Positions 29,329 through 43,552 of a DNA stretch of 64,000 nt are shown one piece after another. Numbering within the stretch: position 1 is the first letter of the stretch; every line of letters begins with the position of its first letter. Source of the DNA: Octopus bimaculoides (taxonomy: Eukaryota); contig NC_068983.1 in the NCBI RefSeq assembly GCF_001194135.2, forward strand, positions 164,324,279 through 164,388,278, given 5' to 3'. The notes beneath the pieces were generated by a model that ran no database searches, was not told the origin of the DNA, and worked only from the letters and a program-made list of their open reading frames with translations. The translations under genes and the position numbers were made by a program.

Positions 29329-31299
29329 GATAGATAGATAAATAGATAGATAGATAGATATGGCAAGAAGAAAATGGAGGGGTTCAAGAGATGGTATTCA
29401 TCAACTGTTAGACATTATATTATGTCTATTTATTTACTTTAAACAATTCTAATAATATATATACATGTATAACAGATTATGTTTTACATATACAGAAATA
29501 CCAGTAATTATTAGTATATAGAAAGTAGAACAGTTTCTTACAGCTGTTTCAGCCAAGAGGTCACAATACCCCACATGTTACTTCCATTCCTTCAGTAAAC
29601 TGTAGTATTTGGTAGATAAGATTACGGTACTTGGGTGTGCCTCTAGGCTTCGTTAGAGAGTTTAGAAAGTTCATAAGGTTAAGTTATAAATATATAAATA
29701 CATAGACATACACACACTCCTGTCCCACTGTGTGGCACCTTGGGCAAGTGTCTTCTACTATAGCCTTGGGCCGACCAAAGCCTTGGGGCTGGATTTGGTA
29801 GGCAGAAACCGAAAGACCCTTGTATATATATATATATGTATATATATATTCCGTCTTCTGTTGGTTGTTTTTCCTCGCATTAGGTACTAAATGTGGTTAT
29901 TTTGAGAAGTCCATTGTGTGGCGTTATTATTTTCTGTAATAATGCCCTTTATATAAATATATATATATATATATATATGTGTTTGAGTGTCTGTGTTTGT
30001 CCCCCCCAACATCACTTGACAACTGATGCTGGTGTGTTTATGTCCCCGTAACTTAGCGGTTCAGCATAAGAGACCAATAGAATAAGTACTAGGCTTACAT
30101 AGAATAAGTTCTGGGGTCGATTTGCTTGTCTTTACGTTCTGAGTTCAAATTCTACCGAGGTCGACTTTGCCCTTCCCCCTGCCAGGGTCCAATAAAATAA
30201 ATACCAGTTAAACACTGGAACACCATGCAATTGACTTGCTCTCTCCACCAAATTTGCTGGCCTTGTGCCAAACTTAGAAGTGAATACTGTAGAAAAGGAT
30301 GTCGAGGAACCAAATTATAACCAAATTTCCTAGCAAAGGCCAAACTAGTTAACTCCCAATGAAACAAATCCATAAACTGGCCACAATGACTCGAAGCTAT
30401 TTTACATGATTTACATTACTAATTCTTCTGGAAAAGGAATGGACATTCCAAATGTTGTTAAGCCATTTTCTGAAGTTAATGAGACTAATTCTGACCGAAA
30501 GATGTTAATAGCTGCAGACAATCAAGCATTCGATGCTGGAGCCTGTTATTTATAGTTATCACACACCATTCAAAGTTGGGAATTTGTCCCAAGTTTTTAA
30601 CAATAGTCTCTGACTTAAGCAGCAAACGCTCAACTTGTTGAATAACAGATTAAGTTGGAAGACTGAGAGAATGGCTCAATGGGGATTGTCAAAGAATGAA
30701 AGACGAATGGATTATATAGAAGAAGGATGAATAACTTTACTCATTAATTAATGACTAATTAATGACAAATTTGAAAATAATTGTTCGTAAACAATTATTC
30801 GAAAAACATTTATCCGAATGGAAAATTGTATGAATGAAAATTATTGAAAAGGACAATTATATGAAATGTTAATTATTCTAAATTTTTATTTTATTTAAAC
30901 AAAAATAAAATTGAAAATCAAGTACACAAATGATATTTATTTTGAATAATTGTTTTCGAATAATTTTTATGATATGCAGAAAATAAATGTGAGAGCTTTT
31001 AGTTTGCTTTTCTGTCATGGGCCATTTTACAAGTCCTTTTCTTAGGAAAGAAATATTTAGGATAAATACACGCAATGCACATGTTGAGTAAAATAATGAG
31101 ATTTAGTGAAATCAAGGTTTTTGTGGTCTGGAAACCATACATTAGTTGGATTTTTTGGAGGATTCTTGAGAAAAAAACTAAAAACCAGCAAGATTAATTT
31201 AAATCATTTTCAAATCCATTTTCACAGACACCTGTAATCCATGGTTAAGATTAATTAATCTTATAAAAACCTCATTATGTCTGTTGATCCATGCAATTG

Positions 31300-31490
31300 T
31301 TGAGTGGTAACCAAGAGATCGGAAAGGTCCACTTGGAAGGCCTCCTCGACAATGGAAAGACGATTTAGTTGAGCAATTTGGGTTAAGATGGAAAAGAGTG
31401 GTCCAGTCGACTGAATTGGAAGCACATTGTGAATAGTGGTGTGTAACAGCATCTGATGGTCTGGTTGATATTGTGATACTGTGATGTCTG
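31300..31490 (+). mobile_element. RTE LINE 3' end remnant
   Basis: VEW*PRDRKGPLGRPPRQWKDDLVEQFGLRWKR matches the RTE WxPRDxKRPxGRPPxRW motif; short GATA(T/C)TGT tail. Confidence 0.7.
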
Positions 31491-31673
31491 TTAACACTAA
31501 GTGTAGTATTGAATGATACAGCAATATATTTGATGTGATTGATTTAAAATAGAGCCTTGGTGCAAGGGCTTCTGTCATGGTCTAAACTCATAAGAGAGAA
31601 CGAGATCAGCTTTGCATACTAAAAGCTAAGTTAAAAGCTTTGATGAAAGCTATAGCATAGCTGAAACAACATG

Positions 31674-31708
<35 letters not shown>

Positions 31709-32399
31709 CATAAGCCTACAATGTCAGCCTGCTGCACCTCACAGAATTTGGGTTGCTGTTGTTTAACACTTACCATACTAATCTAGGATATAGACGTGCT
31801 GTTTTAAAGTAATGCATGGTTTCCTTGAGTGAGACACCTCATTGCACACTGCTCCAGTCTATTCCATTGAAAATGCTGGCACAGTGCTCTCTTCACCTGC
31901 CAAATCCTCTATGTTCTGCTGGGTCAATGACATGAGAACTAAGACAGTATCTGTGTTCAATCTCAACTACATAAGCACACAAACCAACCCCTGAAACCCT
32001 GGTCCATGCTCCCAGATTATACTTGCCACATGAGTGAACGCTAAGCTTTTAAACTCTCCAACATTTCGAGAAGTGTACAGTTACACGATATTGCTATCCG
32101 TTAGTAGCAACTTCATGGAAGAGTGGCTTGCAAGAATAAAAATCAATATTCTGTTAATACAGCTGGGGTTAAATCACAATTTATTATGTAAATATTATCA
32201 CAGTTGTTGTTTCTAATGTTTTTTATTTGTATTTCTCATTAACTCTGAGATTTTAATCAGCTGATGCTTGTTTATTTTGTATTTTATTTATGTCTCAGTT
32301 TATTTACTTATTTGCATTACTATTTAGTTTTGAAAATACTATGAAAGATGTCTAACACACTTTTATTAAGGATTTAAGAGTTGTCACTGTTTGGTGAAT

Positions 32400-32780
32400 G
32401 ACATCTAAGTTGACATAGTGTAATCACCAAAATGTTTGTGACGATTTCTGTATCATTCATCGAAGAGAACTTCGTGGATTTGTAAATAAAACAAATATCT
32501 TGAAAGCCTCCGGGGACTTTTAAAAATGCTGCTGTTTTTCTCAGGTTTTATAAAATTTAGCAAATGAAAGATAAATTTCCCGCTAGGTGGAATGCCAATC
32601 TATCTCAGGTCATAGTTTCAGACAATTTGATACATATTCCATACAATTAAATGAACTGAAGCACAAAGAATTAAGTGTGCTGACCAAAGACATAACCAAA
32701 CAAAATGCCTGCAGTGAAGAATTTCAATTGAAGCTCTGGGAGTTGGGAGTCGAATGTTATAGACTTTCAACCATTTTTCT
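32400..32780 (+). pseudogene. hAT (Charlie/Buster-like) transposase remnant
   Basis: CIIHRREL motif at about 32449-32472, followed by DTYSIQLNELKHK...EEFQLKLWE resembling DIF..LNELN..LQ...AF..KL.LW. Confidence 0.5.
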
Positions 32781-34549
32781 TCTCTGTTTGAAAAAGTAAC
32801 ATCTCACAGAAGATAAAAGAGAATTGGAAATAATAAAAGGGAAAAAGAATAGGAAAAAATAAATAGATAATAAACAAAAGGTAAATAACAGAATAGCGAA
32901 ATTGAATGAAAAATATTTTTGCAAAGTAGAAGAGAAAATATGTAAAGCCATTGGAAGGGGAAAAAAAAGTTTATATGCAGAGAAGAGAGAAAATATGAAG
33001 AGAAATGGTTGAAGAATGAAGAAAGAATAATAGAATGGATCAAAGAGACATGAAGAAAGGAGAGACAGAATGAAAGAAGAAAAGGAAAGAAAAGAAACGG
33101 TAATGAATAAGGATATATCTAAGAATAAAAAAGAAAGATATAGAAATCTAAATTTCTGCAAAGTCCCAAAGGAATTCTAAGAAGTAGAGCTTATCTCTTA
33201 TTTCTATGATTATAAATGGCCAAGAGATAAATCTTTGCATCTTGTGTCTATAGTGCCAATGTATCATTGGTAACATTCATAGATTATCTGAAAGCTTTCC
33301 CAATAGCTATGCCAACTGAAATATAGAGAATTAATTGTACTGTACAGATACATAAGAAAATGCCTGCAGTGGGTCTAAATTTAAGGCAGACCAATCCTCT
33401 CATCCATTCTTTATTCTTAAAAGTTTCCTGATCAAAATAAACGGCTTTTTTTTCTAAACTGTGCAGCATTGGAAATGTCTGACTTTACAACTTAGTTTAT
33501 TATCCAAAGATTTAGGAATCTTCAGCATCATGGTTTAAAAAATATCAGTTTTGATTGTTGCTGTTGTTGTTGTTGTTGGTCTTATTTAGCCCCAGGTTGG
33601 CTTTAATCAAGCAAAACAATGATCAAAGCTAACCAACTCTAACTACCCCATCTTTTCCCAATCCACACTGACTTTAAGGCCAAACCAAGTTATTCTATGC
33701 ATCCTTATTTTCTCAGACTTTAGAGTATGGTTTGAGAGAGATTTGGCTGCTATTTCTTGCAGGTTGAACAATCATACAGTTGTTCATTTATTATGTTGTT
33801 GGTGGCAATGGTTGGGGTGATGGCAGTACTGAGAGCAACATGAATTTTTGTAATCAAGGGTGAAGACATCATTGAAAACAAAGTTGTTTGTTTTCAAAAA
33901 TCCATTATTGTAAAAAAATAAAACGTTTTCGTCATTGTGACATCATAAAAGACTTTTGTTTTGACTCCAAGTGGAGAACACTTGAAGGGTTTCAGGTAAC
34001 CAATGAAAAATATAATAATCTTTTCTAATCTAGGCACAAGGCCCAAGCATTTTGAGGAGGCAGGGCAGTCGATTAAATCAACCCCAGTACGCAACTGGTA
34101 CTTAATTCATCGACCCTGAAAGGATGAAAGGTAAAGTCAACCTTGGCGGAATTTGAACTCTGAATGTAAAGACAGATGAAATACCACTAAGGATTTTGCA
34201 CAGCATGCTAACGATTCTGCCTGCTCGCCGCCTTGTGAAAAATATAATAATATGAATACTATGAACTGGTTCCACAAAAGTAGCACCTGGGCTGGTGCCA
34301 TGTAAAAATCCCCCTTACTGGGGTCACGTAAATAACAGTGGCGCTGGTGCCACATATAAAGTACCCATGCCAGTGCTACGTAAAGAGCACCCGTTCCACA
34401 CTCTGTAAAGTGGCTGGCATTAGGAAGGGCATCCATCTGTTGTAGACACAATCGCCAAAACAGACATTTGGGGCCTGGTGCAGTTCTCTGGCTTGCCAGT
34501 TCCTGTCTAAAACCATCCAACCCATGCCAGCAGGGAAAATGGATATTAA

Positions 34550-34629
34550 ATGATGATGATGAGGAGGAGGAGGAGGATGATGATGACGATGATGATGACG
34601 ACGATGATGATGAGGATGATGATGAGGAC

Positions 34630-34714
<85 letters not shown>

Positions 34715-34880
34715 ATGACAATGATGATGATGAGGATGATGATGATGAGGATGTTGAGGATGATGAGGATGATGAGGATGAGGATGATGATGATGACGAT
34801 GATGCTGATGATGATATCATGATGATGATATGACGATGATGATGATGATGATGATGATGATATGATGATGATGATATGAC

Positions 34881-34931
<51 letters not shown>

Positions 34932-34975
34932 ATGACGATGATGACGACGATGATGAGGAGGAGGAGGATGTCTGA
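34550..34975 (+). repeat. compound (GAT/GAC/GAG)n trinucleotide tract extending a family B tail
   Basis: Directly visible. It produces the poly-D, poly-M and poly-S ORFs in the track. Confidence 0.95.
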
Positions 34976-36121
34976 GTAGTGTAGAATAGATGATAAGTTT
35001 TTACTGAAACAAATCAGTCATCAGGTTTTATGTCCCTTTGTAGTATTCACCCCTTTATTGAAACTTCCGCTCTGAAGATGTCAGGGGATTAACTATTTAA
35101 GGCACTAATGTTATAGGTGTAGACAGGGATGCATGGTAAGAAGCTTGCTTCCCAAGCACAAGCTGTGGTTTCAACTCCACTGTGACACCATGGGCAACTG
35201 TTTTCTACAATAGCCTCAAGCTGACCAAAGCCTTGAGAGTGGATTTGGTAAATGGAAACTGAAAGAAGCTCTTCATATATGTGCTTGTATGCATGCGCGC
35301 GCGTGTGTCTTTGTGACTGTGTTTACGTTTCTGTAACCTCGCCATTCAGCAGAAGAAATTAATAGAAAAAGTACCAGGCTTAAAACAAATGCACTGGGGT
35401 CAATTCATTTGAATAAAAATTCTTGAAGGCTGTGCCCCAGCATGGCCGTAATCTAATAACTGAATGAAATAAACGACGAAACCTGAATAAATAATCATCT
35501 TTTAACGTTTGTATATAGTTAAAAAAGAGTCTATGGCAGTAGAGAAGTGGATTTGGGGAGGGGGTCAATCGATTAGATCGACCGCAGTATGCAACTGGTA
35601 TCTAATTTATCGACCCCAAAAGGATGAAAGGCAAAGCCGACCTCGGCGGAATTTGAACTCTGAACGTAAAGACAAATGAAATACCGCCAAGCATTTCACC
35701 CGGCGTGCTAACGTTTCTGCCAGCTCACCACCTTATAAAACGCTAATATTCTTTTCTACTCTATGCACAAGGCCAAAAACTTTGGGGAGGGGTGGCCAGT
35801 CAATTAGATCGACCTCAGTATGCAACTGATACTTAATTTATTGACCCCGAAAGGATGAAAGGCAAAGTTAACCTTGGCGGAATTAGAACTCAACGTAAAG
35901 ACAGACGAAATACCGCTAAGCATTTAATCCGGCATGCTAACGTTTCTGTCTGCTCGCCACCTTAATAAGAACTCCATACTAAACATAAGAACCTCCACTA
36001 TTGTGAAAAATTGGGCTGAAAGTATAAATATCTTATCCTCATGACACAACAATTAAGGATTCTTCAATTTACATCAATTCTCGCTTCTTGGGAGGACAAC
36101 GTACACCAAATACTAAATATG

Positions 36122-36199
36122 GTGATACAACTTGTATTCGATTTTATGTGATACAACTTGTATTCGATTTTATGTGATACAACTTGTATTCGATTTTAT
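36122..36199. repeat. 26-bp perfect tandem triplication
   Basis: GTGATACAACTTGTATTCGATTTTAT x3. Confidence 0.95.
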
Positions 36200-36333
36200 G
36201 TACTTTAAATGGAAAAAAAAAATTTACTTAGTTTAGTGTAAATGCCTCAGATATGAACAAATGTTACGTTAATGTATATTTTACACCAGGAATCAGTTGA
36301 AGTTTTCTCCATTCACACAATTTGTTATGAATT

Positions 36334-36409
36334 TTAAATTAAGTTAACTGACTTCCTGACACACTTGGCTAACCATCTAAGTGGTTTTCGACAGTTACAT
36401 CTATAACCA
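36334..36409 (-). CDS. terminal coding exon of an unnamed cysteine-rich protein (unit C)
   Basis: Acceptor ttttttttatgactttcag|T, then GYRCNCRKPLRWLAKCVRKSVNLI*. Paralogous to 47460-47535 with all 3 Cys, the Trp and the stop position conserved, and three synonymous third-position changes. Confidence 0.6.
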
Positions 36410-37506
36410 CTGAAAGTCATAAAAAAAAAAGATTTAAATAGTACTCACTAATTAGTGTTATTTAGACAGTTTTGCAGTAATGATATTTTTAATGCATTGA
36501 TACTGCAGCTATTAAATAAATAGATTAAAAAAGTGTTGATAAAAGAAATTTTTCATACTAATCAGCGAAAACTGATTGATTTATGAAATAGATAAAGGTA
36601 ATGAGATGACTTTCTATTGTTGTATATTAGAAGGGTCACTATGTTTTGTCAGTGACAGCCTCATCAGTGCTAGTGGATTGTTAAAAATGCACACAATTAA
36701 TGCTTTGTGATAGGAAAGACATCCAGGAGGTGGGGGAGGGTAAAAAGATCATTCCAGATGAAGAATGAACGGAGGTGATGTAAAGGAGAAAGGACACTTT
36801 GATCTTCTTAACAGACACAACCTACCTGTGTTTGTGGCATTCAGAACTAGGGTTAATCTCCGCTGTGAAATGGTTTGTAGCAGTAAGCACGTGTGGCTGG
36901 ACAGGAGAAACCATAGCAAAGGATGAAAGGATCGAACTGAGGTGATGCAGGGTAGGGGGAAACTCATTGCTGACCAACTCTTTAGTGAAACAAAAATACC
37001 AGATACTGTGAATGAATGTGGGAGGGGTGTGTTTGTGTATGTGGTATGTGCCAAAAGACGACGGTGAAACACTGTGTGACCTGTTTAAATTATGCTATTA
37101 TGAAATAAGGAATGTAGAATGATGACGATGATAACGAGGAAGAGGAGAGAAAGGAGCGAGAAGAACAGAATAATAATGAGGAGGAGGAGGAAGGGGAATA
37201 ATTAAAGTTCCGGTCGTATGAATTTGTGGGAATGTAGATAATTACGTTTTAGTAAAACATATATATATATATACAGTATATATAGGTATGTGGGTAAGTG
37301 TAGTGAGTGTCTGATACTTCACATACGCACCTATGTATGTATGTCTCATCTATTTTTTAATTGTTATAAATCTTCCACTGAGGATGGAGCTGGTTTTGAG
37401 CAAAGACCCAAGGCTCCATCTTTGGGATGGAGTTAAGACAGACTAATTCATATTTGGAACGTGAGAAAAGTCTTGCATATTTTTACTGTATGTATGTATG
37501 TATGTA

Positions 37507-37564
<58 letters not shown>

Positions 37565-38334
37565 TGTGTTTGTTAATGTTTGTTTTTATGCTCAGTTATG
37601 ATANNNNNNNNNNNNNNNNNNNNNNNNNNNNNNNNNNNNNNNNNNNNNNNNNNNNNNNNNNNNNNNNNNNNNNNNNNNNNNNNNNNNNNNNNNNNNNNNN
37701 NNNNNNNNNNNNNNNNNNNNNNNNNNNNNNNNNNNNNNNNNNNNNNNNNNNNNNNNNNNNNNNNNNNNNNNNNNNNNNNNNNNNNNNNNNNNNNNNNNNN
37801 NNNNNNNNNNNNNNNNNNNNNNNNNNNNNNNNNNNNNNNNNNNNNNNNNNNNNNNNNNNNNNNNNNNNNNNNNNNNNNNNNNNNNNNNNNNNNNNNNNNN
37901 NNNNNNNNNNNNNNNNNNNNNNNNNNNNNNNNNNNNNNNNNNNNNNNNNNNNNNNNNNNNNNNNNNNNNNNNNNNNNNNNNNNNNNNNNNNNNNNNNNNN
38001 NNNNNNNNNNNNNNNNNNNNNNNNNNNNNNNNNNNNNNNNNNACGTAATAAGCACCATTCAAACGTGGTTCGATACCAGTGCCACGTTACTGGCTCCCCG
38101 TGTCGGTGGCATGTAAATAGCACATTCCGAACATGGTCGATGCCAATGCCCCCCCCCCCAACTGGCTCTCAGAGTGGTTAGCGTTAGAAAGGGCATCCAG
38201 CTGTAGAAACCTTGCCAGATCAGATTGGAGCCTGGTGCAGCCTCCTGGCTTGTCAGTCCTCAGTCAAACCCTCCAACTCATGCCAGCATGGAAAGCAAAC
38301 GTTAAGCGACAATGATGATGATGATGATGATGAT

Positions 38335-38369
<35 letters not shown>

Positions 38370-39743
38370 GTATGTGTGTGTATATATATATTCATATACA
38401 TACATACATACATACATACATACATACATACATACATACACACTTATATGTATGTGTGTGTGTGTACGTATATATGCCTGCTTGTATGTGTGTATAAATT
38501 TGAATTATGCTGTAGAATCAGCTCAGTAATAAAACCATTATCAGTACGAAATTCTTAGCATAAGTTGTTTAAATGCCAGAAGCTGCGGTTTAAACAAGCT
38601 ACGAACATGAAGTATGTGGTGTGGACAATGTTTTCGTAAAACAGAGCTGCTTTTATTACATAATTCCAAGTTGCTCTCTTTAGGCGCCGACTTTGCAACT
38701 CAGCAGTTAGTTTATACATTATCTATGTGGAGGTGCATGGCTTAGTGGCTAGAAATATTCAGCTCACAATCGTGAGGTCGTGAGTTCGATTTTCGGCCAT
38801 GTATTGCGTCCTTGAGCAACACGCAGGCACTTTATTTCATGTTTCTCTAGTCCACTCAGCTGGCAAAAATGAGTTGTACCTATGATTCAAAAGGGCCAGC
38901 CTTGTCACACTCTGTGTCACGCTGAATCTTCCTTAGAACAACGTTGAGAGTGCACATGTCTGTGGAGTACTCAACCACTTGCACATTAATTTCACGGGGA
39001 AGCTGTTCCGTTGATCGTATCATTGGAACACTCGTCATCGTAACCGACATTGTTAGTTGTTTTCTTTGAAATACATTATCTATTTATACTTCAGACTAGA
39101 GACTCCAATTTCATTTCGAAAGTGATACAAGTACCCTAAATGGTTAAACCACAATGGCAGCATATCAAAGTAGTGTACTTGTGTCAACCTTTATTCTAAA
39201 TTCTTTATCCTACCAAGATTGATACAAGCATCTCCATTACCATTCTGGAATAATACAAGTACAATGAAATCCAGTACCAGGAATACTGCTTCTTTCATCA
39301 CCATTTTGATTAGAAAACCTTGCAGACCTATAAATACGGTCTGCTGCTCTTCTGATCGCTTGTGGGGTGATTTCATTTCGTCCAACTCTAAAGTATATCA
39401 TGCTTTTGTTTGTTAGCACTCCCATTGCATGACAAATTCAGAGACGATGTGAGATGGTTAAATAGAGGGAAATAGTAGAGATGATGTAAGGAGTTATTTT
39501 GGAAAGGGATGGAAATAAGAAATACAAAGGGAAATAAGAGAATAAATGTAAAAATATAAATATTTGTTGGATGTTACAGTTTTAGTTCCATTATCCAAGG
39601 AAAGTGGTGTGTAGAAGTGGTAGCAATGCTTCCTGTCCGTGGTATGTAGATTCCGATAGGAGTTCATAATTTGTCATCACAAATGGAAAGTGTGGAGACG
39701 TTGATTCCAGATGCTGTTCATTTAAAGGGGTCAAATACATACA

Positions 39744-39774
<31 letters not shown>

Positions 39775-40999
39775 CTAAATGTGTACAATTATAAATCAGG
39801 GCAAAACAAAAAAATTTCTTTGCAAATATGCTGAAAAATAGACGCTAAATTTAGTGTCTATTTTTCAACATATTGGCAAAGATTTTCTTTTCTTTTGCCC
39901 TTAATTATGATTGTGTTTATAATTTCACCTTAAAAACTATTTTTCATATACTGGCCACTGATAGAATTAAAAAAAAATCTTATCCTTGTATTAGAACGCC
40001 TGACTGGCCCTCGTGCCGGTGGCACGTAAAAGCACCCACTACAATCTCGGAGTGGTTGGTGTTAGGAAGGGCATCCAGCCGTAGAAACTCTGCCAGATCA
40101 GATTGGAGCCTGGTGTAGCCATATGGCTCACCAGTCCTCAGTCAAATCACCCAGCCCATGCTAGCATGGAAAGCAGACGTTAAACGATGATGATGATGAT
40201 GATGATGATGTATGTATTTGCTTTTAGTATTTATACAGGAAATAAAAGCTGCAAATAACATCAAGAAAAACAATAATCTGTTAAGTAAGTTCAAATAAAA
40301 TAAGATATCTTTATGAAACCAACAAGAACCAAATCTCTGTCTTCTCTATTCCTCTGTCACAGACTTTTATAAAGAAGAATACATCATGTTGTACTAAATA
40401 ACATTAATTCTTCTGCTGAATACATAACCAATAAATTGGTAATTGAAGATGGAACTGGTATTTTATTGCTGTGAAAGCCTCTGTTCTATTTAAATCCTTA
40501 CAGAAATAATTTTGTCAAACTGACTCCAATCTGATGATTCATTCCTCTAAGTCTTTATTTTATATTCTTTACTTGACGAAAATTGATACAAAATATCTCC
40601 ATTATTCTGGAATAGTACAAGAAAAACAAAATCCAGGATCAGAAAAGTTGCTTCTTTCAACCTAAGTTTGATTCTTGTGAGTATTTTTAGCTGTACATTG
40701 TTTAGTACACCCATAAACCACCCGAAATTATTATATTTCTACAAGTTATACAACTTAAACTTTTCACCCAACAACAAAATATTCAATAAAAACACTATCA
40801 AACTTTCCTAATCAACTACTCATAATGTCTTTTATAATATCATTATGGAAAATCTCCCTAATTTATTTGAAAACTTAATCATAAACTTTCTTGCATCTAA
40901 CTTCACATACTTCATTCATAATGCTAGTCCCTCGAAAGAAATTACCAGACAAGTAAAAGATAAAAGACAAAAGATAAAGGATGCAAGATATACATATAG

Positions 41000-41130
41000 G
41001 TAACAGACTTAGTAGGGATATACATTTTATTCTGTCTGTATAAGGAACTCCCAGAAATAGGGGGGAGTCTATACAGGGATGATGTACTTTTCAACTTGTT
41101 TAACTCCTCAAACTGGGACATAGAAAATAT
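41000..41130 (+). mobile_element. Penelope-like RT fragment (YRDD type)
   Basis: VTDLVGIYILFCLYKELPEIGGSLYRDDVLFNL fits the PLE RT pattern (C/T)DLVGLYIL...GLYRDDGL. More decayed upstream sequence extends to about 40330. Confidence 0.65.
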
Positions 41131-41313
41131 TGCCCTTCGTTTTACTCTTAGAAAACTCGAAAAGACAGAAACCGGTACTAACTGTTGCAAAATGCATTTC
41201 AGGATAAAATTAATTTAGCATTTTCTACCTTGTCTTATTTTCCTTATATATATATATATATACGCGTGTGTGTATGTGTGTCTAAATTAATAGCACCACC
41301 TTATATCTTGATA

Positions 41314-41351
<38 letters not shown>

Positions 41352-41869
41352 NNNNNNNNNNNNNNNNNNNNNNNNNNNNNNNNNNNNNNNNNNNNNNNNN
41401 NNNNNNNNNNNNNNNNNNNNNNNNNNNNNNNNNNNNNNNNNNNNNNNNNNNNNNNNNNNNNNNNNNNNNNNNNNNNNNNNNNNNNNNNNNNNNNNNNNNN
41501 NNNNNNNNNNNNNNNNNNNNNNNNNNNNNNNNNNNNNNNNNNNNNNNNNNNNNNNNNNNNNNNNNNNNNNNNNNNNNNNNNNNNNNNNNNNNNNNNNNNN
41601 NNNNNNNNNNNNNNNNNNNNNNNNNNNNNNNNNNNNNNNNNNNNNNNNNNNNNNNNNNNNNNNNNNNNNNNNNNNNNNNNNNNNNNNNNNNNNNNNNNNN
41701 NNNNNNNNNNNNNNNNNNNNNNNNNNNNNNNNNNNNNNNNNNNNNNNNNNNNNNNNNNNNNNNNNNNNNNNNNNNNNNNNNNNNNNNNNNNNNNNNNNNN
41801 NNNNNNNNNNNNNNNNNNNNNNNNNNNNNNNNNNNNNNNNNNNNNNNNNNNNNNNNNNNNNNNNNNNNN

Positions 41870-41900
<31 letters not shown>

Positions 41901-42140
41901 TACGCATACACACACACGTACACACCTCTAATGTGACTAATTCATATTCTACAACTTCATGATTCAATAATACTATTTTTAAGACTTACAAATTGATTCT
42001 AAATCATTTATTCATTTCAGACATTCAGTTTTCCTAAAGTCATTCAGTGGTCAAGGACATTCTGGAAATGAAGTCTAAAAAATAAAAAAAATAAAACTAC
42101 GTTTTGACATTCTTGTTTAGGTACCTGCAAGTGTCTACAA

Positions 42141-42193
42141 GTCACACTTGGATTATGGATTAACCAATTTTTGATAGTTATATCAACAAACGT
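42141..42193 (-). pseudogene. decayed copy of the Cys-rich terminal exon (unit B)
   Basis: GTT TGT TGA TAT AAC TAT CAA AAA TTG GTT AAT CCA TAA TCC AAG TGT GAC aligns 34/51 nt to the unit A exon, with two stops and two Cys-to-Tyr changes. Confidence 0.5.
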
Positions 42194-42700
42194 CTAAATC
42201 GTTAGAAATAATATTAATAATAATTTTATGCTAATTTCACAGATCGTGAAGGTGGCATACTATTGAAGATATCGACGAATGGGCTTTAGCAAGCACAACC
42301 GACTAATGAGTTAGCTGAATGATTAACCAAACAATTGATTAGTTAATTGATTAAAGGATTAAGTAATTAACAAATAATATAAAAGTTAAGTTGAAATTGA
42401 AGCAGTGCATGTGTTTATTACTGGCACAATAACCCTCCCGACATACAAAATATGTTAATTTATATTATTTAGAAAATTCTTAGAGCATAGATTGACCGAA
42501 TTCTTGGAATATTAGGGACATTGCTATACAATATCTGTGCTGCTTATTTGATTACTGCGTTCAAAAATCTGCTGAGATCAACTTTTGCTTTCATCCTTCT
42601 GTTGTCAATACATAACTACCGGGTTCGATTTAATCACCCGTTCCACCTCTCACCAAAATGTGTGTGACCTGATGCTTATGTGACGAAACATTATTTAGAT

Positions 42701-43552
42701 CAGCGATCAGGAAAGTGATCGATATTGATCCAAGGGGATGGGTGTGGCTATCCAAGGTGTTCAACGAACTCCTGAAACAACTTTGAGTATTATGGGTGGT
42801 GCTGAATCAACAGCGAACTAGTAAGGACGTGGAAAACTGCGGAAATTTATGACTAAAACCTGCTAATTTTCAGCCAAATATAGATGCGATAATAAACATT
42901 TGCCAAACACATATTTCGCACAACAATCTAAGACCATTTTTTATCTATGGACCCCTTTGATAACCATTTTATTCTAGTGAATCCATATACCATTCGATGT
43001 TTAAAAACTAGTTTTAAAGAAACTTCTTTCAAAATTCCTATTTTGTTTTTCACTCTTTCACTTGCGTAAGTTTGCAGCAACCCTCTTTGAGAGAACGTTT
43101 CAGTGACAGGAAAAACATGTTGAAATATGTAAAACGCGAGACAAAGAAACTGTTTCTTGCAATAAATATATTGAAGGTAAAATTTTTTTTGCAATAAATA
43201 TATTTAAAGTAAAATTTTTCTTGCAATAAATATATTTAAGGTAAAATTTTTCAAATACTGTGGATCTTCAATTTACTGTTTTGTCGCCGGGGACTCTCAG
43301 AAATGTTGAATAGATTCCAGGGGCCACATGAACCCCGGTTGAGAATCCCTGATATAATATGACTATTCTTTTTTATCGTTCTCTTTCAATTTCATAAAGT
43401 ATTTTCATTATTTTTTTTTTTTTTACAAAAGAAGGAAGAATTATTGTTTTTAAATCAAGAATTCTTTTATTATACTTTTTGATTTTATTTTATAAATCAA
43501 CATGATGGGGGTGGCAAGTTATCAATGATATAAGAAATTCCGCCGACCCCTG
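42701..43552. mobile_element. hAT-type non-autonomous element with 8-bp TSD
   Basis: Ends CAGCGATCAG.. and ..CCGACCCCTG. Flanks ATTTAGAT (42693-42700) and ATTTAGAC (43553-43560). Contains a 32-bp x3 repeat at 43157-43252. Confidence 0.55.

Noticed and set aside
31261-31578. 105-aa minus-strand ORF that looks protein-like
   Set aside because: It is the antisense of an RTE 3'-end remnant on the plus strand.
31648-31685. TTGATGA-A-AGCTA/TAGCT-GAAAC hammerhead-like motif
   Set aside because: C3 is mutated and there is no NUH triplet or helix III after GAAAC.
32060-32100. TGTAACTGT match suggesting a fourth Cys-rich exon
   Set aside because: Only about 10 nt match, with a frameshift and no flanking homology.
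33284-33469. 61-aa ORF with a hydrophobic C-terminus
   Set aside because: No donor/acceptor chain, recognisable motif or paralog; consistent with chance in AT-rich DNA.
41986-42076. Minus-strand 85-nt exon-like segment with strong acceptor and GTAAGT donor
   Set aside because: Stops in all three frames and no paralogous support; at most a non-coding exon.
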